Below, piece after piece: positions 28,565 to 38,876 of a DNA stretch of 64,000 bases. Under the pieces are notes generated by a model that did not search any database, was not told the origin of the DNA, and saw nothing but the letters and a program-made list of their open reading frames with translations. Position numbers and translations under genes: made by a program. Each line of letters opens with the position of its first letter. Position 1 is the first letter of the stretch. Origin of the DNA: an uncultured Fluviicola sp. (GTDB lineage: Bacteria > Bacteroidota > Bacteroidia > Flavobacteriales_D > Crocinitomicaceae); assembly GCA_964643345.1 (NCBI GenBank), contig CAZXRU010000013.1:13449-77448 (forward strand), given 5' to 3'.

Positions 28565-30352
28565 TTATTTCACTACTACGTGCTCAATATGTACACCACG
28601 CTCAGAAGCTATAGAAACAATGTAACTACCTGCATCGATATTAGAAACATCGAACGAAATCTTAGCTACACCATTGACATCGCTGTTTTGCGTTGCAACT
28701 GCTCTTCCTGATAAATCAAGCAATGAAACTGTGTAATTTGCTTCCAACCCTTCAAATGCAACATTTAATACACTTGTAGCAGGATTAGGATATACACTAA
28801 CTTCAGATACACTCAACGTTTCAATTGACGCAGTAGAACCGGCACTTGTAATTTCAGTCGCACCAACTAAATTATCAGTTAAATCATTCTTTGAGTCAAT
28901 TAGCTTAATTTCAGCGCCTAAAACATTTCCTGTATAATTAAACACTTTGAAATGTGACGTTGTGTTGTAACCCCAACCGTCGCCGTACTCATCATCCAGT
29001 TCAAACGTATAGCAATCAACTCCAGCAGGAATTGCTAAATCCCACGTTTTTGTTCCGCTGTTAAGCATTTGCGCTTTTGGAACATTCAACATTACTGCAC
29101 CAGAACCATCTCTAACGATAAAAGATGATTCTTGAGTCATATAGGCATCTCCCTTTACTTCAATTCTAATTTTATCTGCGTTACCAGCATTACCTCCATT
29201 AAAGTTACCAGCGAAGGAGTTATCAGCAACTGTTGGATCCACTTGACCATTAGGTTCAGAGATCTCAACGCTATAGTTATTCGTCGCAGCGTATGTGAAG
29301 TTTGAAGCAGCCAATGTAACTGCCTTCTTCTCGCTTGGACTAAGGTTTAGTGCTGTTAAATCATCAGTACTCGCTCCACCGTTCACACCATAGTCAACAC
29401 TAAGTGTATTTAATACATTCGAACCATTTGATCCAACCAATATTTTAGGCTGATAGTTTCCAGCTGCACCAATACAGTTTTCGTCTTTCAAAGACGATGC
29501 ATAAAGAATACTTGCATCATCGGTACTTGGCCAATTCATAACGTTTGGAGTAGATTTTCCTGCGGTAATGATGGTACCTTGAGCAGACTGAGACATAAAT
29601 GCATAAACTCTAATTGCACCTGCCTCTACATCGAAAGTACTAAATGAAGCTGGTAAAGTAACATTGTGAGTAATGATTCCTGTTGATCCAGCCGAAAGCC
29701 CGTTTATTGCCTCACCCCATGTACCATTTACCATATCACGGAAACAATGATCAAAATCATAAATACCTTCTTCTATAATATAAAATTGTGCTGGATTAAA
29801 TCCTGGATCATATTGATAAGCCGGAATATTGTCTTGATAATATCCAATGTGCAAATAGTTGGTACCACTTGAAGGCGCTCCTGTGTAGTAATACTCAACA
29901 CTAACTGTTAGTTCGCGAGTTGTTGCATCCAAACTTGATTCAACGTACAAATTTACTGGAGATGCCTGAGACTGAATTGTATTAACTGCATTTACCCAGC
30001 TTCCACGACCGATTCCGTTAAACCCAGCTCCAGCTCTACTCACTGTTCCATTAGGGTATCCTTGAGAATCAAAAGGCTGAGCAATTAATTCTCCCGTTGC
30101 CGTCTCTAATGTTCCTCCAAAAACTGGATCTGGTCCAGCAAAACCTCCTGTTTGTATTTTAATCGTAACTGCACCAGTAGGTTCAATATCGTCGCTTGCA
30201 ATTAGATGCCCATCTGGACAATAAGTACAAAAGTTTCCTGTGTACTCTTCTAATACTGCAACCCTGTTTGAGGGTGTAGTAGATACATTGACTTGAGCTG
30301 AAATCCCTCCAGCCGTAATCAACATTATTCCTAAAAGTAATTGTCTTTTCAT
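28565..30352 (-). CDS. Omp28-related/thioredoxin-like-motif secreted protein with T9SS type-A CTD
   Basis: 595 aa with a signal peptide. VLEEYTGNFCTYCPDGH (CxxC context seen in Omp28-related proteins). C-terminal VSVYPNPATSVLNV...GSYIVSI sorting domain. Confidence 0.75.
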   Translation of the reverse strand: MKRQLLLGIMLITAGGISAQVNVSTTPSNRVAVLEEYTGNFCTYCPDGHLIASDDIEPTGAVTIKIQTGGFAGPDPVFGGTLETATGELIAQPFDSQGYPNGTVSRAGAGFNGIGRGSWVNAVNTIQSQASPVNLYVESSLDATTRELTVSVEYYYTGAPSSGTNYLHIGYYQDNIPAYQYDPGFNPAQFYIIEEGIYDFDHCFRDMVNGTWGEAINGLSAGSTGIITHNVTLPASFSTFDVEAGAIRVYAFMSQSAQGTIITAGKSTPNVMNWPSTDDASILYASSLKDENCIGAAGNYQPKILVGSNGSNVLNTLSVDYGVNGGASTDDLTALNLSPSEKKAVTLAASNFTYAATNNYSVEISEPNGQVDPTVADNSFAGNFNGGNAGNADKIRIEVKGDAYMTQESSFIVRDGSGAVMLNVPKAQMLNSGTKTWDLAIPAGVDCYTFELDDEYGDGWGYNTTSHFKVFNYTGNVLGAEIKLIDSKNDLTDNLVGATEITSAGSTASIETLSVSEVSVYPNPATSVLNVAFEGLEANYTVSLLDLSGRAVATQNSDVNGVAKISFDVSNIDAGSYIVSIASERGVHIEHVVVK

Positions 30353-30457
30353 AGTTTAAATGATTTTCTTAATTGTTTGACGTAAATATAAAACATACAG
30401 CATTAATAGGAACAATAACACAGCTCATTTTTGCCACTAGACTTACTTAGATTGTTG

Positions 30458-30465
30458 CAAAGCTA
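30458..30465 (-). promoter_or_regulatory. Candidate -7 promoter box (TAGCTTTG on the minus strand)
   Basis: The plus strand reads CAAAGCTA. This would give a roughly 100-nt leader for the gene starting at 30352. Confidence 0.3.
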
Positions 30466-30787
30466 TTCTGTGTTTCTTATTCTAATATAATCTGTGTTAA
30501 GATAATATTATAATTGAGAACTAAACTTATTAATAGAATATAAATAGGTCGCAAAATAAAAAATTGAATTCACCAAATAGGCGGAATAGAAGTATATAGC
30601 ACGCGGTTTATCTATTATTCGAGAAATCTCTAGTGTTTTTAAATTGCAACAATTATGAGCGGATATGTATCCTCAAATAATCGCAACAACATGTCCCCAT
30701 CCTTGCGATAAAATATTGGACTGCTATGGTGAGAAAGCACACGAGAAAATATCAGACGAAAGCAGATTGCCAGCTGCAATGTAGCAT

Positions 30788-31561
30788 CTATTTTTTCTTA
30801 TTATGCTCCTTTACAAAATTCTCAATTGCTCCGGTCATTGACGGGGCATTTGGTTGAGGTGCATGCAAATCCAATCGAAGATTGTTCTTAACAATAGCGT
30901 TTGCCGTTGTCGGTCCAAAGGCTGCTATGAAAGTTCCATTCTGCTTAAAATCAGGGAAGTTTTTTAGTAATGACTCAATTCCTCCAGGGCTATAAAAAAC
31001 CAACATATCGTATGAAACATTCTCAAGATCTGATAAATCAGAAGCTACCGTTCGGTACAATATCGTTTTTGAGAAATCCACATTGTGCTCTTCTAAGGTA
31101 AGAGGAATGGTATCTCTTAAGATATCGGTACACGGCAATAAAAATTTTTCCTTTTTGTGTTTCTTCAAGACATCAACTAGTTCTTCTATTGTTTGCTTTC
31201 CAAAAAATATCTTTCTCTTTCTATAAGCTACATACTTCTGGAGGTAATACGCGATGGCTTCTGAAATACAAAAATATTTCATGGTGTCAGGAACTTCAAA
31301 TCGGGTTTCTTCCGCAATTCGAAAAAAATGGTCAACAGCCGTCTTTGAAGTAAAGATGACAGCAGAGTGTGCCTTTAAATCAACCTTCTGTGATCGAAAC
31401 TCTTGAGCTCCGACACCTTCAATATGAATAAAGGGTCTAAAATCTATCGTTAAGCCATGTTTTTCGGCCAAATCAAAATACGGAGATTTAGCGCCTTCTG
31501 GCTTGGGTTGAGAAACCAAAATTGTTTTAATAGCCACTTGACTCTTGTTTAGTTTAAGCAA
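30788..31561 (-). CDS. hemD: Uroporphyrinogen-III synthase (HemD)-like protein
   Basis: 257 aa. Two-lobed HEM4-type pattern (ILVSQPKP...AVIFTSKTAVDHFF...LVFYSPGGIESL...IAAFGPTTA). Apparent TTG start 2 nt after the upstream stop. Confidence 0.65.
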   Translation of the reverse strand: MLKLNKSQVAIKTILVSQPKPEGAKSPYFDLAEKHGLTIDFRPFIHIEGVGAQEFRSQKVDLKAHSAVIFTSKTAVDHFFRIAEETRFEVPDTMKYFCISEAIAYYLQKYVAYRKRKIFFGKQTIEELVDVLKKHKKEKFLLPCTDILRDTIPLTLEEHNVDFSKTILYRTVASDLSDLENVSYDMLVFYSPGGIESLLKNFPDFKQNGTFIAAFGPTTANAIVKNNLRLDLHAPQPNAPSMTGAIENFVKEHNKKK

Positions 31562-31563
31562 TT

Positions 31564-32265
31564 CTAAAAACTGAAATCTATCGCCAAATAGTAGTACAAT
31601 ACTAGCAGAGGTAGAATTTCAAGGGTGCAAAGATATATAATAATATAATACCATGAAACACCAGCGGTTAGAACAAATTGAAAACTTCTAATTATTCTCA
31701 CAATATTCTCAGTGAAAATTCCCCAAATGCACAATTCAACAAATACAATCTGATTAATAAATCCAAGCGCCCACAAAAAAACAAGTACCGAACTATACAA
31801 GCCCAGGAGCTGTGCACCGTTAATCTTCATCAAAATTGGCGCTAAAAAAATTTCCTTCTCTCCAGTTAAAAGCATCCCTACCACAAGGGTTCCAATACCA
31901 AATAAGAAAAACACTATGGGAGTAAGTGTTACAATTAGAAGTTCACCTGCCATTTCAAACTTAGGTAAACTCAACACGAAATAAAGTAATATGCTAAACG
32001 ACAACAGGTAATTTGCAAACAATAAAATTGAAGCTCCCTTTAACACTGGAAAAGATTCTCGAATGAATGATGATAATTGTTTTCCTTTCGTGAATGACTT
32101 AAGTAAAACGGCATAAACTTCCGGTTGCAATAACTTTGCCAAGGCAATCAATACAAAGGAAAGAAACATCCCCAAACCAACAACCACAGTAATTGGATGC
32201 TCTCTTACTGTTAGCTCCGTAGGAATTGTTTCAAATATGGTAAGTAAATATCCTTTAGCAATCAT
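31564..32265 (-). CDS. Polytopic membrane protein (DUF4271-like), function unknown
   Basis: 233 aa with about 6 TM helices. As I recall, a DUF4271-type membrane protein gene upstream of hemD is a recurrent Bacteroidota arrangement. Not verified here. Confidence 0.55.
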   Translation of the reverse strand: MIAKGYLLTIFETIPTELTVREHPITVVVGLGMFLSFVLIALAKLLQPEVYAVLLKSFTKGKQLSSFIRESFPVLKGASILLFANYLLSFSILLYFVLSLPKFEMAGELLIVTLTPIVFFLFGIGTLVVGMLLTGEKEIFLAPILMKINGAQLLGLYSSVLVFLWALGFINQIVFVELCIWGIFTENIVRIIRSFQFVLTAGVSWYYIIIYLCTLEILPLLVLYYYLAIDFSF

Positions 32266-32344
32266 TTCGGTTTGTTATACTTCTATCCATGAACAAAGTT
32301 ATCTTTTGAAAGTGAATTCTTCTAACACTGAAGAAAAATATCGT

Positions 32345-32352
32345 TAAATTTG
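32345..32352 (+). promoter_or_regulatory. Candidate -7 promoter box TAAATTTG
   Basis: Exact TAnnTTTG match 30 nt upstream of the ATG at 32383. Confidence 0.4.
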
Positions 32353-32382
32353 TCACTTCGTATCAAAAAAAAATAAAGAAAC

Positions 32383-33579
32383 ATGAGAACTGACTTATAT
32401 GTGCACCCAGATTACTTCAATATGGATGATTTACTTTCGGAAGAACATAAACTTGTCCGTGATGCTGCCAGAGCATGGGTAAAAAAGGAAGTATCACCAA
32501 TTATAGATGAGCATTATGAAAAGGCTACCTTTCCAATGCATATTTTACCTGGACTGGGTGAAATCGGTGCGTTTGGACCGTACATTCCAGAAGAATACGG
32601 GGGTCCTGGGTTAGATCAGATTTCTTATGGATTAATTATGCAAGAACTAGAAAGATGTGATTCTGGTTTGCGATCAACTGCTTCTGTTCAAAGTTCACTA
32701 GTAATGTACCCTATTTGGAAGTACGGAAGCGAGGAGCAGAAACAAAAATACCTACCAAAACTTGCCACGGGCGAAATGATTGGTTGCTTCGGATTAACCG
32801 AACCAGATCATGGTTCTAATCCTGGTGGAATGATTACCAATTTTAAAGATGCAGGAGATCATGTAATACTGAATGGTGCTAAAATGTGGATTTCAAACGC
32901 TCCATTTGCACAAATTGCAGTGGTATGGGCAAAGGATGAAACTGGTAGAATTCATGGTCTTGTCGTTGAAAGAGGTATGGAAGGATTCTCTACACCAGAA
33001 ATGCATGGCAAATTATCGTTACGTGCTTCTGCAACTGGAGAGTTGATTTTTGATAATGTTAAAGTCCCTAAAGAAAATATATTGCCTGGACGAAGTGGTC
33101 TTGGTGCACCTTTGAGTTGTTTAGACTCAGCGCGATTTGGGATCGCATGGGGAGCACTTGGTGCCGCCATGGATTGCTACGATCAAGCCTTAAGATATTC
33201 CAAAGAACGCACGCAGTTCGGTGTTCCGATTGGTGCATTTCAATTGATTCAGAAAAAATTGGCGGAAATGATTACTGAAATCACCAAGGCACAACTCTTA
33301 ACGTTTCGCCTAGGTCAGCTTAGAAACGAAGGGAAAGCAACATCCGCTCAAATCTCTATGGCGAAGAGAAACAATGTTGAAATTGCGCTCAATATAGCAC
33401 GAGAGGCACGACAAATTCACGGTGGAATGGGAATTACAAGTGAATACTCAATGATGCGTCACATGGCGAATCTAGAATCGGTGTTAACTTATGAAGGAAC
33501 GCACGATATTCACCTCCTAATTACTGGAATGGATGTAACTGGGATACCGTCATTTACCCGTGAAATGCCTGAAATGTAG
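32383..33579 (+). CDS. gcdH: Glutaryl-CoA dehydrogenase (acyl-CoA dehydrogenase family)
   Basis: 398 aa. GCFGLTEPDHGSNPGGM, KMWISNAP and LTYEGTHDIHLLITG, where the YEGTHDIH block is characteristic of GCDH. Confidence 0.85.
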   Translation: MRTDLYVHPDYFNMDDLLSEEHKLVRDAARAWVKKEVSPIIDEHYEKATFPMHILPGLGEIGAFGPYIPEEYGGPGLDQISYGLIMQELERCDSGLRSTASVQSSLVMYPIWKYGSEEQKQKYLPKLATGEMIGCFGLTEPDHGSNPGGMITNFKDAGDHVILNGAKMWISNAPFAQIAVVWAKDETGRIHGLVVERGMEGFSTPEMHGKLSLRASATGELIFDNVKVPKENILPGRSGLGAPLSCLDSARFGIAWGALGAAMDCYDQALRYSKERTQFGVPIGAFQLIQKKLAEMITEITKAQLLTFRLGQLRNEGKATSAQISMAKRNNVEIALNIAREARQIHGGMGITSEYSMMRHMANLESVLTYEGTHDIHLLITGMDVTGIPSFTREMPEM

Positions 33580-33618
33580 TTTTTCATTAACTTTTTGTTA
33601 ATTATTTAATTTTTTTTG

Positions 33619-33626
33619 TAGTTTTG
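33619..33626 (+). promoter_or_regulatory. Candidate -7 promoter box TAGTTTTG
   Basis: Exact TAnnTTTG match about 78 nt upstream of the ATG at 33705. The leader contains two short hairpins (GAGG-AATTT-CCTC; CACCC-GTGGAA-GGGTG). Confidence 0.35.
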
Positions 33627-33704
33627 TCGCGTTTGAGGAATTTCCTCACACCCGTGGAAGGGTGATTTATAATATATTATATAAACGAACATACTGCTAC
33701 TACA

Positions 33705-36700
33705 ATGAAAAAACTACTATTCGGTTTGTGCGTCATTGCACAAGCTATTTCTGGGGTTAACGCTCAACAAAATACGTTTAGAACAGATTATAACGTTGCT
33801 TTATTTGACATTCCCGTAACAACTATTGAGTCACTTAGTCCTGATCAATATTTATTCTCTGGAATTCATGCTGATTTTATACCCCTTGCTTCATCACTTT
33901 CTGAAGTGGACGCAACTGGTGCATTACTCTGGGGTAAAAGATATTCCTCAGGATTCGCATTTACATTCGGTGATGTTAAAAAGGATGTCGCTTTGAACCG
34001 ATATTATGCGTGTGGTGGAGGTGAAACAAGCGGTCCTGCATTTCTTTTATTTCTGGATGCGTTAGGAAACGTAACATCAGCGAGAAATTTCTCCATTGCC
34101 GAAGCAGACGGGGCCTACTTCAACCGAGTTATAAAAACAAGTGATGGAGGATACCTTTGTGTTGGTTCTGTAACGGGTTACGATCCAGATGGCGCAGGTC
34201 CTGATGCAGACTTCAATTCAGTGACCAATAATGATCCTGGCTGTGACAACTCTCATACAGAATACATTCAATCTCCACTAATTGTCAAGTTCGATGTCAA
34301 CGGGAATCACTTATGGCATCATGTTTTTAGATATTACGTCACCTCAGCAATACCCGCAAATCGAATTTATAACGATGCCAGCTTTGTTGATCTTGTCGAA
34401 GTGAGCGATGGATATATAGCAATTGGAAATTATGACGTAAACAATGTATTTTCAACTTTTGACGCCGAAGATTGTGACGACACGACGCCTACCGATGCAT
34501 TTTTCCTGAAAACGACAACTGCTGGAGCCATCACCTATCATCGTCAGATTGATAACCCTAGTAATTCAACAGGACAATCAAGCAAAAGTTTGGTGTCTGC
34601 TGAAAAAACGGCGGCGGGAGAACCTCTCATTTCTGGCACCGACGGAAGCGGCAGACCATGTGTTTTAATGCGCCTCCCTAGTTCTGGCGGATGGGCAAAT
34701 CCATCTTGGATTAGGAAATATGCTGGACTTGAAATTACTCTTTTTGGTTTTCCAACAGGGGATTATTATCCATACTTACCAAGCCGATTTTTTGAAACCA
34801 GTGATGGAAATTATGCCGCATGGTTAAACTATTTACCAGTTGTAGGACTTATGCCTCAGTTCAGTAATGCACTTATGAAGGTAAACCCTTCAACCAGTAA
34901 TCCTATCTGGGCAAAACAACATACGTTCAATTTTGCTTCCTTTTTACCTCAAGGACAACACGTTTCTGATGGTGGATATATTGGGCTTTCTTACACGCTT
35001 TCTGGAGCAGGAAACGATATGCACTTTATCAAAACAAATGAAAACGGTGAAACTGCGGTGGCATGTCCTACGAACGACATCACCGTTTCTCATAATGGAC
35101 CATCATACACATACGGAACTCCTATATACAATAGCTGGAATTCAAACACCGTAACAAATGGCACTTTTACACCAACTGTTACCAATATTAGCCCAGGCTC
35201 GACTGTTCAATGTTCTTTTACATCATGCACTGCTCCAACGATCAATACACAACCGACAAATGAAACAATTTGTTCTACAGGAAGTGGAAACCTTACCGTT
35301 GCCGCAACTGCAGGACCTTACCAATGGCAATACAACAATGGTGGATCATGGGAAAACGTAACTAATGGCTCACCAGCAGGATTTACCTACAGTGGAGCAA
35401 CAACAGATAATTTGACAATTACTTCTACAGGAGCAACTCAAGGAACCTACCAATTCCAAGTTATTGCTGGAGACCCAACCTGTGAAGCCATTTCAAGTAC
35501 GGTTACCGTAACGGTTCCTGGCGCCACTCAGCTTGCACCTGCAAGTCCAACCTGTAGTGGAGTTGCACTCAATTTTAGCGCATTCCCAGCAGCTGGAGCA
35601 ACTTATTCTTGGGACGTAACAGCCCCTCCTGGGACATCTGCAACGCCGATAAATGGCAGTGGGCAAACATTCTCATATACGCCAACCAATAATACAGCGA
35701 CAGCTCAGAATTTTACCGTGGACGTGGATATTACGGTCAACAGCGTAACATGTCCAGTACAGTTTATAAATACTGTCAACCCACAGCCTACTGCACCAAT
35801 TGTTGGTACAATTACACATCCTGACTGCTCAACGCCAACAGGAAGCGTCGCCTTAAGTGGATTGCCTGCCTCTGGCACTTGGACAGTAACCGCTTCACCC
35901 GGTGGAGCAACTCTTACCAGTACTGGAACAACAGGAATTATAACTGGACTTGCAGCAAATGCCTCCTACACATTTACAGTGGAAAACAGTTTTGGATGTA
36001 CATCTGTGGCATCAACAGGTGCAATAATAAACCCACAACCACCAACCCCTTCAGCACCAATCATCGGTACGATTACACAACCAACTTGTACAACACCAAC
36101 TGGAAGTGTAGCTTTAAGTGGACTCCCTGCCGTTGGAGCGTGGACAGTAACCGTGTCACCAGGCGGTGGGACAATTAATGGAACTGGTACTACAGGTAAT
36201 TTTACAGGTTTAGCACCAAATGCAACGTATACCTTCACCGTAACAGATAACACAGGTTGTACTTCAGTTGCTTCGACCAATGCAATCATCAATCCTGTTC
36301 CTGGGGCACCAACTGCTCCTATAGTTGGGACTGTCACACAACCCACATGTTTTACAGCTACAGGAAGTGTGCAATTAAATGGATTGCCAGCATCTGGAAC
36401 CTGGACGTTGACTGAATCTCCGGGAGGAGCAACAATAAACGGAAGTGGAACAACGACAACAATTACTGGTCTTACTGGAAGCGCTACGTATACATACACC
36501 GTTACGGATAATTTAGGATGTACTTCTGCTGCTTCAGCGAACGTAGCAATCAATGCACAACCTTCGACACCTTCAACACCAATAGTAGGAACAGTGACGC
36601 AACCAGACTGTGCGACTTCAACAGGAAGTGTTGCGTTCAGCGGATTACCTGCAACTGGAACGTGGACAATAACCGCATCCCCTGGTGGAGCTACTGAAAC

Positions 36701-38858
36701 GAACACTGGAACAACTGGAACAATTTCTGGTCTTGCTGCCAATGCATCGTATACGTTTACTGTAGAAAACAGTGATGGTTGTACATCGTCAGCGACGACT
36801 TCTGTAGTTATTAATGCGCAACCTACAACACCCTCTGCACCAATCGTTGGGACGATCACTCAACCTGATTGTACAACGCCAACTGGTAGTGTCGATTTGA
36901 GTGGATTGCCTGCTGGAAACTGGACGGTTACTGTATCACCTGGTGGTGGAACAATTAACGGAACTGGAACTACAACAACAATTACTGGTCTTGCTCAAAA
37001 TGCAACTTATACATTCACAGTAACCAACGACCAAGGGTGTACTTCAGTAGTTTCGGCGAATGCAACAGTCGACCCTGTTCCAGGAGCGCCAACTGCACCA
37101 ATCGTTGGAACAATTACTCAACCTACATGTGCAACAGCAACAGGAAGTGTGGAATTGAGTGGACTGCCAGCAACTGGAACGTGGACGTTGACTGAAACTC
37201 CTGGTGGAGCAACAATTAACGGAACTGGAACTACAACAACTATTACTGGTCTTGCTGGAAGTACAACATACACTTACACTGTTACAAATGATTTAGGGTG
37301 TACTTCTTCTGCTTCATCAAACGTAGTAATCAATGCTCAACCCACTACACCTTCAACCCCAGTGGTTGGAACAGTAACGCAACCAGATTGTGCAACTGCA
37401 ACTGGAAGTGTTGCGTTTAGTGGATTACCTGCCACTGGAACATGGACTATCACCGCGTCGCCAAGCGGTGCAACTGAAACTAACACTGGAACAATAGGAA
37501 CAATTTCTGGTTTAGCTGCAAACACATCGTACACATTTACCGTTGAAAACAGTGACGGATGTACATCTTCAGCGACTGTTTCTGTGGATATTGATCCACA
37601 ACCAACCACGCCTTCAGCACCAATCGCTGGGACCGTTACTCAACCTGATTGTACAACTCCAACAGGTAGCGTTGATTTGAGTGGATTACCTGTTGGAAAC
37701 TGGACAGTGACAGTATCACCTGGTGGTGGAACGGTTAACGGAACTGGAACAACGACAACAATTACTGGATTAGCTCAAGGGAACACGTATACTTTTACAG
37801 TGACCAATGATGAAGGATGTACTTCCGTTTCTTCTACCACAGTGGATGTTGATCCTGTAGCTGGGGCGCCAATAATTACACTTGACGATCAAACAAATGT
37901 TACATGTAATGGTGGTAGTGATGGTGAACTCGTTATTTCTGTAGCAGGAGGTCAAGCGCCATACGATTACAGTTGGACACCAAATGTTGGAACAACTCCA
38001 ACAGTATCTGGTCTTTCAGCTGGAAGTTATACTGTGATCGTAACGGATGACCTTGGATGTACTTCAACAGATACATACACGGTTACCGAACCTGATGCAC
38101 TCTTAATTGGAGAAACAGTAACGAACGTAACTTGCGATGCTTCTTTGGGTAGTATCACAACGGGTGTTACAGGAGGAAATGGACCTTATTCGTATGAGTG
38201 GACACCAAACGGTGAAACAACCTCTGGGTTGACAGACCTTGTTGCTGGAAACTATGGACTGGAAGTAACCGATGCTAACGGATGTACCGTGATCGATAAT
38301 TTTACAGTTGTAACCGTTGGTTCGTTGTCTATTGATGTAGATCCAGAATACAGCCTAATTGAAGAAGGTGAATCTGTTCAACTTACCGCAACTGGAGGTC
38401 AAAACTACTCATGGACACCTTCCACTGGACTTAGTTGTACTAACTGTGCAGACCCAATTGCAAGTCCAACAGAAACCACAACGTACTATGTTACCGCAAT
38501 GGACTCTTCAGGTTGTACTGGCGGTGATACTGCACTTATCGAAATCAGAATTAACTGTGGAGAATTATTTGTTCCAAACATATTTTCACCGAATGGAGAT
38601 ATGAATAATGATTACTTGTGTCTGTACGGAAGCTGTGTTACCAAAGTAGTCTACACTGTTTACGACAGATGGGGAGAGCTTGTTTTCGAAACTGAATCGA
38701 CCGTCAATTTAGAAACTGGAAACTTTCAAGAAGTTTGTTGGGATGGAACGTTTAGAGGTAAACCTTTGAATAGTGGCGTATTTGCTTATAAGCTCTATGC
38801 CGAACTATTTGACGGTGAGATAATTGAAGAGTCAGGAAACATCACATTAGTTCGTTAA
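33705..38858 (+). CDS. Giant repeat adhesin-like protein with SprB-type repeats and a T9SS type-B (gliding motility-associated) C-terminal sorting domain
   Basis: 1717 aa with a signal peptide and a roughly 500-aa non-repetitive N-region. Eight 87-aa two-Cys modules and two SprB-like repeats (NVTCNGGSDGEL...YDYSWTPN; NVTCDASLGSI...YSYEWTPN). C-terminal LFVPNIFSPNGDMNNDYL...VYDRWGELVF...GVFAYKL is typical of type-B CTDs. Confidence 0.9.
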   Translation: MKKLLFGLCVIAQAISGVNAQQNTFRTDYNVALFDIPVTTIESLSPDQYLFSGIHADFIPLASSLSEVDATGALLWGKRYSSGFAFTFGDVKKDVALNRYYACGGGETSGPAFLLFLDALGNVTSARNFSIAEADGAYFNRVIKTSDGGYLCVGSVTGYDPDGAGPDADFNSVTNNDPGCDNSHTEYIQSPLIVKFDVNGNHLWHHVFRYYVTSAIPANRIYNDASFVDLVEVSDGYIAIGNYDVNNVFSTFDAEDCDDTTPTDAFFLKTTTAGAITYHRQIDNPSNSTGQSSKSLVSAEKTAAGEPLISGTDGSGRPCVLMRLPSSGGWANPSWIRKYAGLEITLFGFPTGDYYPYLPSRFFETSDGNYAAWLNYLPVVGLMPQFSNALMKVNPSTSNPIWAKQHTFNFASFLPQGQHVSDGGYIGLSYTLSGAGNDMHFIKTNENGETAVACPTNDITVSHNGPSYTYGTPIYNSWNSNTVTNGTFTPTVTNISPGSTVQCSFTSCTAPTINTQPTNETICSTGSGNLTVAATAGPYQWQYNNGGSWENVTNGSPAGFTYSGATTDNLTITSTGATQGTYQFQVIAGDPTCEAISSTVTVTVPGATQLAPASPTCSGVALNFSAFPAAGATYSWDVTAPPGTSATPINGSGQTFSYTPTNNTATAQNFTVDVDITVNSVTCPVQFINTVNPQPTAPIVGTITHPDCSTPTGSVALSGLPASGTWTVTASPGGATLTSTGTTGIITGLAANASYTFTVENSFGCTSVASTGAIINPQPPTPSAPIIGTITQPTCTTPTGSVALSGLPAVGAWTVTVSPGGGTINGTGTTGNFTGLAPNATYTFTVTDNTGCTSVASTNAIINPVPGAPTAPIVGTVTQPTCFTATGSVQLNGLPASGTWTLTESPGGATINGSGTTTTITGLTGSATYTYTVTDNLGCTSAASANVAINAQPSTPSTPIVGTVTQPDCATSTGSVAFSGLPATGTWTITASPGGATETNTGTTGTISGLAANASYTFTVENSDGCTSSATTSVVINAQPTTPSAPIVGTITQPDCTTPTGSVDLSGLPAGNWTVTVSPGGGTINGTGTTTTITGLAQNATYTFTVTNDQGCTSVVSANATVDPVPGAPTAPIVGTITQPTCATATGSVELSGLPATGTWTLTETPGGATINGTGTTTTITGLAGSTTYTYTVTNDLGCTSSASSNVVINAQPTTPSTPVVGTVTQPDCATATGSVAFSGLPATGTWTITASPSGATETNTGTIGTISGLAANTSYTFTVENSDGCTSSATVSVDIDPQPTTPSAPIAGTVTQPDCTTPTGSVDLSGLPVGNWTVTVSPGGGTVNGTGTTTTITGLAQGNTYTFTVTNDEGCTSVSSTTVDVDPVAGAPIITLDDQTNVTCNGGSDGELVISVAGGQAPYDYSWTPNVGTTPTVSGLSAGSYTVIVTDDLGCTSTDTYTVTEPDALLIGETVTNVTCDASLGSITTGVTGGNGPYSYEWTPNGETTSGLTDLVAGNYGLEVTDANGCTVIDNFTVVTVGSLSIDVDPEYSLIEEGESVQLTATGGQNYSWTPSTGLSCTNCADPIASPTETTTYYVTAMDSSGCTGGDTALIEIRINCGELFVPNIFSPNGDMNNDYLCLYGSCVTKVVYTVYDRWGELVFETESTVNLETGNFQEVCWDGTFRGKPLNSGVFAYKLYAELFDGEIIEESGNITLVR
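35780..37865 (+). repeat. Intragenic tandem repeat: 8 modules of about 260 bp organised as a 780-bp A-B-C higher-order unit (ABC-ABC-AB)
   Basis: Landmarks recur at exactly 780 bp: acgtagcaatcaatgcacaa at 36541 vs acgtagtaatcaatgctcaa at 37321, and gtacatcgtcagcgac at 36781 vs gtacatcttcagcgac at 37561. Module types are A = ...TFTVENS.GCTS (R1, R4, R7), B = ...WTVTVSPGGGT (R2, R5, R8) and C = ...TYTYTVT (R3, R6). Confidence 0.9.
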
Positions 38859-38876
38859 TATTAAAGGGATAAAATC

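Noticed and set aside
35966-36859. 297-aa antisense ORF (and a 90-aa one at 37337-37609) inside the adhesin repeat region
   Set aside because: They lie fully within a strongly supported plus-strand gene. The Thr/Gly/Pro codon-rich repeats simply lack stop codons in one reverse frame. The translated product is itself a periodic low-complexity mirror of the repeats.
35780-37865. Regular periodicity of about 260 bp that might suggest a CRISPR or satellite array
   Set aside because: The units are contiguous, coding, in frame and divergent. There are no short identical repeats separated by unique spacers, and no cas genes are present.
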